From contig OZ004610.1 in the NCBI GenBank assembly GCA_963924565.1, positions 12,028,001 to 12,092,000 of the forward strand: 64,000 nucleotides of DNA, read 5' to 3'. Source of the DNA: Ascidiella aspersa. Its lineage: Eukaryota. A program made the position numbers and the translations under genes. Under the pieces are notes generated by a model. It saw only the letters and a list, made by a program, of their open reading frames with translations, made no database searches and was not told where the DNA came from. Shown piece by piece: positions 40,620 through 51,900 of this stretch; position 1 is the first letter of the stretch; each line of letters begins with the position of its first letter.

Positions 40620-41028
40620 AAATGACTTGACTTGACTTAAGTCATTTGGACAAATGACTTGGGTTAAAATAAATTGTTTTAATCAAGCAATTAATTATAA
40701 AATTGCGTTATTTATCCCAAAATTTGCACATAAAAGAATTTGCTTGTTATATGCTGCTTTTATGTTATTTTTGACTTAAGTTGCTCATAATAATCGGAGG
40801 AGTTTGCCGGTTTCCATAGTTTAAAGTTTTATTTTTTTGGCAAGGGCTGGACTTGAAGTTGACTTGCTCTAATTATGACTTGACTGGGACTTGACTTGGG
40901 CAACCGATGACTTGGACTGGGACTTGACTTGTTATTGATTCAAAAAGTCTTGACTTGTACTTAAGTTATTTTACGAATGACTTGACTGGGACTCAAGTCA
41001 TTTCAAAATGACTTGTTTACAACACTGC
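40620..41028. mobile_element. GACTTGACTTG-repeat MITE
   Basis: Dense gacttgacttg/gggact arrays ending ...tttacaacactg; shared with 7815-7905. Confidence 0.65.
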
Positions 41029-41114
41029 ATATATGTATGCCTAAAAAATTGGCACTGCATAGCAGACATCTTGATGTGAAAAGTAACTTTTTTATAGATA
41101 CAGCACTTCAATTC

Positions 41115-42391
41115 GGGTGGTACTAAATACCGAATGGTACCGAATGGTACCGAATGGTACCGAATGGCACCGAATGGCACCGAATGGCACCGAATGGAAC
41201 CACATGGGATTGAATGCTAACGAATGCCAAACAAACTAAACGTCTGTTTTACTCCTAAATCTGATTTAATTTTACACTGAAGCATATCTTGTCGCGTGAG
41301 AGTATTTTAAAACGTATGAAGCCTAAGGAGGGTTGCAATGAACATGGTACCGAATGAAACCGAATGGCACCGTATTGAACCCAATAAAACCCATTGTAAC
41401 TCGTAATAGAAACACTAAATACCGAATGGCACCGAACGGAACCCAATAGAACCGAACGGAATCCAATAGAACCCATTATGTAGCTCGTAATAGAAACACT
41501 AAATACCGAATGGTACCGTATTGAACCCAATAGAACCCATTATAACTCGTAATAGAAACACTAAATACCAAATGGTACCGAATGGCACCGAACGGAACCC
41601 AATAGAACCGAACGGAACCCAACAGAACCCATTGTAACTTGTAATAGAAACACTAAATACCGAATGGTACCGAATGGCACCGAACGGAACCCAATAGAAC
41701 CCATTGTAACTTGTAATAGAAACACTAAATACCGAATGGTACCGAATGGCACCGAACGGCACCGAACGGAACCCAATAGAACCGAACGGAACCCAATATA
41801 ACCCATTGTAACTCGTAATAGAAACACTAAATACCGAATGGTATCGAATGGTACCGAATGGCACCGAACGGAACCTAATAGAACTGAACGGAACCCAATA
41901 GAACCTATTGTAACTCGTAATAGAAGTTCCGTTCGGTTCTATTGGGTTGCGTTCGGTGCCATTCGGTACCATTCGGTATTTAGTGTTTCTATTACGAGTT
42001 ACAATGGGTTCTATTGGGTTTAATACGGTACCATTCGGTTCCATTCGGTATTTTGTGTTTCTATTACGAGTTACAATGGGTTCTATTGGGTTTAATACGG
42101 TACCATTCGGTATTTAGTGTTTCTATTACGAGTTACAATGGGTTCTATTGGGTTCAATACGGTACCATTCGGTACCATTCGGTACCATTCGAAACCATTC
42201 GGTACCATTCGGAACCATTCGGTACCATTCGTTACCATTCGATACCAATCGGTATTTAGTGTTTCTATTACGAGTTACAATGGGTTCTATTGGGTTCAAT
42301 ACGGTACCATTCGGTATTGAGTGATTCTCCTATGAGTTGTATTGGGTTCCATTGGATTCCATTCGGTACCATTCGGTATTTAGTACCACCC
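41115..42391. mobile_element. Foldback-type (Mutator-like) element built of tandem repeats, 9-bp TSD
   Basis: Ends GGGTGGTACTAAATACCGAATGGTACCGAATGG / CCATTCGGTACCATTCGGTATTTAGTACCACCC. TSD cttcaattc at 41106-41114 and 42392-42400. Arrays of the 10-bp unit ACCGAATGGT/C and a longer composite unit flip orientation at about 41925. Confidence 0.9.
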
Positions 42392-42930
42392 CTTCAATTC
42401 CATATTTATGAAGATTTTTCTTTCTCAGACATTTTGGAATAGTTACTAAAAGTTGCAAATTGCTTCTTTCGCCAGGTATTTAACTTCACATTTAGAGTTT
42501 AATTCCAAACTCATTCTTCCACATATGTAAATTGATTGTGTACCCTAGTTCAAAAGTTAAAGTCCGATACCAGGTTCTGGGTCAAACAGCCTCTTGCAAA
42601 AGTTTTTGTTTCTTGTTTGTTACAGTAATTCCTAGTTTAATGTTATCTATACTTTTTTCTGTTCTTAGTGTGAATAGACATGACCTGTTCAATTGGTGCT
42701 TAATTAGGTTCAAGCTGTGTGCAATAATATTGGCAACTTTAATAAAAACACTAAAAAATACACTCTTCTGTATTTTACCAGCTCTTTTACATTTAGACGA
42801 CTTCTAGAGAATTGTTGATGAGTAAGTAACTGCTAATGTATATTAATTTTAGTTTTAACTAAAAAAAAATGTTTAATTCAATTTGTGTGTTTTAACAAAA
42901 GTTCAGGTTGGTCCCTCCAAAACTTCTGGG

Positions 42931-45900
42931 ATGATGTTTAATCGCAGACACCGGGGTTGGATACAAACCAGTATTATACTGATACTTATCATATCCCTGG
43001 GTTATGGCTTTTACCTGTATAACATTTTACAAGTCAAAGTGAAGCATTTAGACACAAAAGCGGAGAGATATCAATCACAACACCGATCCCTATCATCACA
43101 GTTGCAAGGTCAGTGATAGGCTGCTAAATTATTGATTAAAAAAGTTTTAGTTAAGTTGTATAAATGTGTGTTTATCTGCTTTCAGTTGTATATGAAGATC
43201 GCTCACGACTTGAAAACTCTTTGCATAAGGAAAAGCAAGATCATGAAAATACAAAGCAAGGTTTGTACAGTTTATTATTTAAATGCAATTTTTTATTTAA
43301 TATCAAACCTAAATTATTGATGGTAAATTAGCGGATCAAGGATTCCTGTTTGAAGGGGAAAAGGCATAAATTTTTTAACTTTGTTAGGTCACTTCCTATA
43401 AAAAATTGAAACACCTGACAGTTGTTAAAAAAAATTGTGTGTATTTAGTTGAAATTAAAAAAAAACTCTAATTTAAGTGATGTGACACTAGGGTTCCTCT
43501 CGGGAATGTTTCGACGGGAAATTCCCGGGATTTCCCGCAAATTAACAATCCCGAATCCCGGGAAATTTTTTTTATAATCCCGGGTATTCGGCAACCTAGC
43601 AAAACTTTAAAAATATTGCCGTTTTTGACTAATATAAATAAAAAAATAGTACCAACCATGTTAACGTCGTTGCCTGAGTTGTTTTATTTGCGCTTACCAG
43701 CGGAAAAACCTAATTAAATTTATTCTAACAAAAAAAATACGTCATGCATGCGCATGCATGCACAAATAGCGGTCCTGACTCGCATTAGAGAAGGTCTGGC
43801 GCTCCTTCAGTTATGTTAGCGTTTGGGTAAGGGTGGGTCAAGGGTTATTATTAATAATAAACATAATAATACTTGACACACCCTCACCCAAACGCTAACC
43901 TGTGGTATGCGGTATTTCTTTCTTTTGTTTTTTTTTGCATAACTTTCCACGTACATAAGTGAAAGAACGCCCATAAATGAGCTTAATTAAATGTTTGGAG
44001 CTAAAATAAAAAAAATACAAACCTCAAAATGACATAATTTTATGTATAATTTTTTCGTCTGGATCCCGGGATTCCCGGGAAGTTTCATTTTTCAATCCCG
44101 TTTCCCGGGAGTGAAAAAATCCGGGAAAAAGAGGAACCCTATGTGACACCTTAGGCACATAAAAGAAAATTGCATATTGCTCAAAACAACAGAATTCATA
44201 GTCTAATTTAACAAAAAATTCGCTTTGAAGAGCTTAAGCCACACAGCTCAACCTCCCATAGTATGCATAGCGCATTTGTAGACCTGAATAAATTCCTTAA
44301 AACGGACAATACATAGTAAAAATGGAAATTTTTTACCTAAAATCGATTTGACATTACGCGTTTAATTTTTATATTCATCGTGAAAAGTGTTACTCATTTT
44401 GTAAATTATAGTTAGTCTGTAAAACACCTGCATTCAGGGGCATTATGGATTTGCCACACATACTATATACGATAGGGAGACATGGATTTTTTGTCCCCTC
44501 AAACTCTGAAATTTTAATCCTAAAAAATACACTTTTATTGGACTCTAGATATATGATTTTTTCTAAATTATTTGAATTATGACATATATGGCCAGCAAAA
44601 TCAGTTGCTGTTGCTGTGAAAAATTGTTTAATTCGGTGATAAACTTAGTTGTTCATATGGCGCAGTTTTCACGTTCCATATAAAAGAATATATACAACTT
44701 ACAAAAATTACAAAATAGAAAAAAAAATTAAATTTAGAAATGGATCGCTCTCAAGAGCAGCACCAACTAGCAATGGAAGAGCTCGAGAAAGAACACAAAT
44801 TAAAGTTGGATGAAATAAGTGAAAAGCATCAACAAGCAGAGGTTTCTTAACTGACAGTTTCACTATACAGTATATTGCTATTAACCTAGGAGACTGTATT
44901 TCGCTGTAAATATACATTTAGATATAAGAAAACATTTTTTTGTTTTTTCAAAAATATTACTATGTTGCTAAACATATTAAGAATAGAAAATTGCAGTCAT
45001 TCAATCAGTAATTTTTATTTTGAGGTACTTTAAGAATGAATGTTCTGTTTAGACAGGAATGTGCATATAAATATAATGTGCCCTGTCAATTTAAAATTAA
45101 TTTTGTTGCAGACTGATTTAGAAAATGCCCGAAAGCAAGTACTGAGTTACGTAGAAAAAGAAAATGTCATGAAAGAAAAACAAGACAAAGAAGGTGAAGA
45201 GGTACGCAACCAGAAGTCTGTACTGGAACAAAGCAATGCTGACTTACAAGGTATTTATTTATTTTAAAACAGTATTATCTGTGTGATTAAGTAATGTAGG
45301 TGCATTGCCACAACTGTGGTTATGCAAGTCCTTGATCCATTATATTGTTGAAACAATAAAGAATATTTTGTATGGATTAATTATGTACTAAAATTTGAAA
45401 CAAACCTACTATTTATTTAAATGGTAAGAATTGTAAATTATTCACTGAAGTCTAAGCAAGGTAATTTTTAGACAAAGTATGTTTAAAAATTTTTAAATTT
45501 CAATTAATTTTAGTTTGAGGATTTAAAACCCAAAAAATTACGAAGCTTAAAATTTAATGATTTATTACACAAAAATCTTAGTTGAACCATTCTAAGTCAA
45601 ATCATGTAAAATAACTTAAGTTCACTCAAGGTCTAAAAAAACATAGGTTTTGCACTTTAAGTCATACCTTCTGTAATTACGACACTGGTAAATATTATTC
45701 GTTCGTATTTCATTTACATACTATTGTCCTCTTGTTGTAAAATAATAAAATACATTGTTTATGGTGGAATTGACTGCAATTGTTGTCAATTAGGTGTAAA
45801 TATTTTCAATTTTGTGAGACCACTTATTGGCCATGAATCCATGATAATCGTTTTACTTACAGGTAACAGTCATAAAATTTATTGTTGATAAAAGTCCTGG

Positions 45901-48900
45901 TTTAAAATTATACACCTCCTGTAGTATTGGGATATGTTAATTTAAGTACCCATGTGCATTAATTTTTGCTTTGTTAGACAAACTTAACCAGCTGAAAAAC
46001 GCACATGACAGCTTGGTTATATCAAAAAGTGAGTTGCAGCGACAACTGGAGCAATCTCAGGTAATCAGTATATATAGACTTTTGTAGTAGCCATTTTAGT
46101 TGTAATCGACAATAAACATGTATGTGCTTTAGATTTTAATATTATATATATATACAAACAATTTCCATGAAATAATAAGACAATGTTCAGATTACTCAAG
46201 AATGTCAAGGTATTTTAGCAAGTTGTTTTCCTAGATTGGTTCTCAAAGCTATCTAAAGCTACGTGCCCTCCTGAGTAGCATTGGTTCCGATGTAGTTAAT
46301 CTTGGTCACCAAAAGCTGTCCTTGCTTGCACCTGAAGATCGCAAGTGGCTGTTTGGTGAGTTTTGAAGACTGTTTTAACCCTATTTTTTATGTTTTTAAG
46401 GTTTTATTTTTTACCTATTCTCGTTCTTATATATTATCTCTTTTTTTTTGCACTTATGAGTGCCTAATGTTTGCTAATTTAGTATGGAATGACGGATACA
46501 TTTAGTTGAATGTAAATCCTTTTTGTTTGTTTGACATGCATTAATTCAATTAAAAGGATTTTAACCTCAAAATTGTAAATATAGATTTATTTAGGCAACA
46601 ATTGGCCCTCTCCTCATGTGATTTCAATTTGTCTAGACTCTAGCCAAAAAATATCTGCCTAAAACATATATATTTTTGAAGAATTGGATTATAGAGTCTA
46701 TAGCAAAGTTTTTGTTTTAAGAACACTTTGGGGGTAGCCCAAGCAATGCTGGCCAAATGGAAAGTCTACATCAGCAAAGTTTAAAGGACAATGAAACACG
46801 AAGACTTGCCATTCAACAAAGAGATCAGGACAAATTGCAACGCGATCAAATGATTGCTGCGAGAAATGAGCGACAGCAGCACCCAGAGTCAATTACTGAT
46901 CCCAAAAGTATGAGTATGGTCAAATAATAGTACAATTTTACACACATGTCTATATTTTTATTGGGCATCAGATTTTGGCAAAAGGTTGTATTTAGAATTA
47001 ACTGTCCAATTTCGAGCCAAAATTGTATTGAAATGCAATCTACTGCTTAGTTTACTATGTGTCTCCACGTCGTCATTTAGTCTTAATAACTAACAACAGC
47101 TGAGAAAAAATGTTGTAAATTTCTTCCTCACGTATTTGATTTGTTCTAGAAATTTGCTTTCTGCCAAAAGCGTTTGGAACTTGCAGTGGCCAAGAGTCGC
47201 GGTATTACTATGAGCCCAGCTTAAGTTCATGTACCCACTTTGTTTACTCGGGATGCGGGGGAAACACAAACAACTTTGCAACACACGAAGAATGTGAAAA
47301 AGCGTGTCAAAGTAAGTATTACTGCTCATCTCTGTATTTTACAACACTAGATTTTGTCAATTGGCAGAAAATAATACAGTAATACTGACCATAATACATG
47401 CTGAAATATGTTTTTGTTCTTAAGATCTTGCCGGACAAGCCCAAGCTCCATTGGGCAACCAGCCAGGAATGCGAGATCAAATAATGGTTAACCAGGATGA
47501 GAACATAGCACATGTAGACAACAAACGTCCTGACGACAACTTGATTGGAGGCCAGAATCAAAATCAACCTGACAACAATGGTCAAATTCAAGGTGAAATT
47601 TAGTATTCTGTGATAACGCTTACAGTCTTTATCAGACCAAGTCAAAGCATAGTGTGCTTAAATGAAATTATACGCACCTGATCTTGTGGTATGCCTATCA
47701 GCTCATAACTATGCTCCAATACACCAACGTATGTCCAACATGCCCACATCGCTTTCGTGTACTTAAATAACTGTAAATATTTCTTCTTGCCTTAAAACAT
47801 TGATCGTTTGACTTAAAGACATAGCTGCAGCTGGCGAAAGAGAAGGTGAAGTTCACCAACCAGATGGTGGTGAAGACGAAGAGGAACCGCTTCCTCAAGA
47901 CCCAAATCATGGCGTCGTGCCAGACAACGACGTTCAAGGAAAACAAAATGTAAAAATGAGTTTACGCCTTTTTTAAGGGAAGACCGCTAAGACAAACTTG
48001 TGACATCAAAGCCATTGATATTAGTTAGGTCTTATTGTGTAGTATTAAAGTGTTAAACTGGCCACAATTACACAAGTAGTCTAAATTTGAACCTAAAGCA
48101 CACTCCATAAACAATATTTTGTTTTGAATGAAAAACAAAAAACAGTTGAGCTTAAATGACAAGTTAAATGGAAAAAAACGATTTATGTGATTTTGAACTG
48201 TGTTGATTTTGAAACGATGTGAAAACTTGATTTCTATTAATTGCGTAAGGCACAACTGAAGCAAAAAAAAACATTGTTTATTTAATTATTGTACAACTGT
48301 AACTAATTTATTCCTGTTAACGTTACTATTAAAAATAAAGATTTAAAAAAGTTAGTTGTGGCTCTATATTAAAGTGCAAAAAAGCTCGTTTTCTTACTTA
48401 TTTTATGTGTCAACTATGTAAGCTTCGAACTTTAACCAACAAGACTGTGCAGAAGAAATTGTGAGTTCTAACCCTTAAGAAGAAACCGCTTTATCATAAA
48501 GACATTGCACACGAATTATTTATGCTACTGACGTAACGCCATTGTTTTCCAACCTCCATTGTGCTTCAAACAGGATGAAGACCGCAGTTACCGAGACACG
48601 GAAGACGAACGCGAGATGGATGACGTGGCAAGACAGGAGGAGAGAGCAAAGCAGGAGGAGCAGCAGGCTCAGTTCGAGCTCGATCAACAGAAACAACGTG
48701 AAAAGGACGAGGTCAGATTATAGAGTTTTTAAAACGTATACCAGGTACTAATAATATCGGCCGAAGGGTCTTAAATAGTGTCAAGCGTTTTTTAATAATG
48801 AGGGATGTCTTATATAATTGGTGCTTTATTTCGATACCCGACCCGATATTTATACACTGTTTGAAATTTCGTCTTTCCGATGGTCAAATAGGCAAAATTA

Positions 48901-51900
48901 ATTAAATTAAACTTGCAAACGCACTTTTTGTTAAATATGTTAAGCGAAAAAATACTCCAACGCTTGGAAACTTGGTTAATTTATTGCTAATATGTTACTT
49001 TCTAAATAAAATACCTTTCAAAGTGAAAAAAACCTCGTTTAAATTCAAACCATTATTAAATCAGTGGCAATACCACTCTATCAGACGAGACCTATGCTAC
49101 CGCATCGAGTATGGCCTAGAACAGGGATGTCCAACCTGCGGCCCGCCTGATATCTACGTGCGGCCCACCACTTATTGTCACTTTCAGTAGGCTTTATTAA
49201 AAGCAATTGTTTGATTATCACAAAAACGTGTAAAACGCGCAGTATTTGATGTAGGCGTAATATTATGTTTTTTCTGAGACCATAATCGAGTCTAATGTCG
49301 CATTTCAACATCCATCGAACACTTTGTGCACCCATCATTGCTAAGAAGATGTGTGTTTTTGCAGACCGTTTTAAGGAAATATATCAGCCCAAACCTGTAA
49401 AAACTCAAAATTTCACGCTTCGCCATAATAAAAAAAAAATAAGGTCGAGATTACTTGCATATTTACGCACGACTTCACTCTCGAAGAACAGATGTTTATA
49501 AGTAGGCTAAAGTTGTTTTATGACGTCACCTCTTTAATTTGAGAGGTTTTTCGAAATTTTTAAAGTGGCAATGCGGCCCATTCTGCTAAAATGTTGGACA
49601 TCCCTGGCTTAGAACAATGATTCTCAAAGGTAGCCACTTGGCTCACTTTGGGGGGAATTTTAAATTTTGGGGAGGAAATGTGGATACAAATGGATCACTT
49701 TTTATTATTTGATAATTAAAACATAACTAACTGCACAAAGTTTAAATGGGAACGTCTACTTACTATAAGACTTAAAGTACCTTTATATGAAAACAATATG
49801 CTGCTTTAACTGTGTTAATCTACGTCATAATAGACTCTGTTTGGTTTACAATATCTATTGTTTCGTCACAGTAAGTAAAGTTCACTAGCACCAGTTGTCT
49901 GTTTTATATTGTTTGTTTGTTTTAGCATGATTGTAAAACTAATATGCCAATTTAGTCGTTGCAGAGCAAACAGTTCTTCCATTTCCGACTACACATTTAG
50001 TCGAATGTGGTTTTAGTGCCATTAGAGATATTTTTACGAAAAAAGGATCACTTTACATTTGCAAACGCTGTGATCTTGGGGCAAAACTGACATGCTTTTC
50101 TCCTTAATTTTCATTGTTTTTTGAAACATGTTCACATTAACAATGAATGACGCTTTGGAAATACGTATGAATATTTCGTTTGGTAAAATTGTTCTTTGCA
50201 TTTTTGTATTGTTTTTTAATTATACCTTAGTTTTGTAATGTTCACTGTTATCTCTGAGATAAATCATAAAAACGCACGTTGCACATCCTATCCATATGGG
50301 TACTGTGAAGTTTTGGCAATATTCCTTTTGGGATTTTTTTGGGAGGGATTAACATTGTTTGAGTCTTTAAGGGAGAAATACGAAAAAAACTTTGAGAACC
50401 ACTGTCCTAGAATATCGAATATCCCCCCTGAGATAACCATCACTGCTTATCCGGTTTAGCACTGATTATGCGACGCAATCAATACTAATCGACCACTCCA
50501 TCGAACCCAAGTCCCGTAAAACGACAAGGCACGTTCAAGTGTACTTTGTGCAACGGACAGACTTTGTATACGATGGCTCGTTGCGATTCAAGAAATCGTC
50601 GTGTCATTAAGATTCAAATGATTTTAAGTTGGTTATAAACGCAGCCTGCGCACACCGCAACGATATGATTATGCTTGGCGATCTGCGTAAACCAGAGTTG
50701 AGCGCTTCTTGTTTCAAGCGAAAATCGTGTTATTTACTTACGTACTTTGAACAGCTAAAATACACACAGACTCTTCTGTTGTGCAGTCGCAACACACGTC
50801 GAGCTTTGAACAAACCAACTGACATTTGTTGCTCATTACGCTGCTAAGGCGGCGATTTTGAGCTGATCGGAACTCGTGCTAATCGATAAGCTTGTCGGGA
50901 CTGGCGTGACGTTGTGTGTGCGCCCGTAGCACGTCCTGTCCTAATTGACGTTAAAACGCGTCACGGTCACGCCGGGCGCGTTTGAATTGAAAAATGTTGC
51001 GTAGAATTAGTGTGACTGAAATGCAAACCATGGTGTACTACAGGGGTTCCTAACCTTTCCCCCTTATTACCCGTTTCTGTCCAGATCAAAGTCCCATTAC
51101 CCAAACAAAACAATTCTAAAAATAATAAAATATCAATGTGCTTGATTGGTTGTTTTAAAATGACTCAAAACATAAAAAAAAACACCTGCTATCCCACAGG
51201 TTAAAAACCCCTGGTCTACTAGAACCACACTTAAATTGGCATGACTCTCTATTTTTAAAAGGAAATTCTGTTTAATACAGTTTTTGCAAGTCCTCAAGAT
51301 TAACAAAGAATAAAAAAATTAAATACATGTTGGATCTTACAATTATTGTTTGGTCCAATGTTTCCTCAAAAAGTGCAACTAACTCGCCTGTTCCCGAATA
51401 TTTTTTTATTTGAAGAAGAGGGTAAACTTAGGGCATAGTTTGAAATGGGGCTCAACTCTAATAAAACATACCAGCAATGACTTCCCGCTAAACAAACAGA
51501 ACGGCGAGGAAGGTCCCGGTCTCCAGGAAGAGCAACAAAAGCAGCTGAACGAAGAGAATGCGGGCAAGGATCCAATCGAGAAGCTACGTGAGTTGCAGGA
51601 ACAGCAGGTCGTCATGGTGGACGAGCAGGCCAAGGACATCGACCAGCTGGTCAAACACCAGCAGCAAGTCGAACACAAGGAAGAGAAGGCGCCCGCCGGC
51701 GAAGAGCACATGGGTCAGTCTAAATGCACTTTAATTCATTTTTTTCTGCCTTGTATTTTTTTTTTTTTGGTATTGACTGATGCACTTTGCATGCATTCTG
51801 TGGTACGGCAGGACCATCTGACATGATATTGCTAACTGAAAAACTTGTCACGGCAAATTATGCTAATTTGTCTGTTTTATCGTGCAACTTTAATAATAGT

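Noticed and set aside
41115-42391. CRISPR-like array, or repetitive proteins from the ORF track (e.g. 41499-42044)
   Set aside because: There are no unique spacers or cas genes and the context is eukaryotic. The ORFs are by-products of the tandem repeats in a foldback element.
46191-46209. 19-nt microexon (ITQECQ) that would bridge phase 0 to phase 1 in GOLIM4
   Set aside because: The 121-nt exon at 46235-46355 has the same phases, better splice sites and better resemblance to GOLIM4. The two are too close to be co-included, and the microexon lacks a pyrimidine tract.
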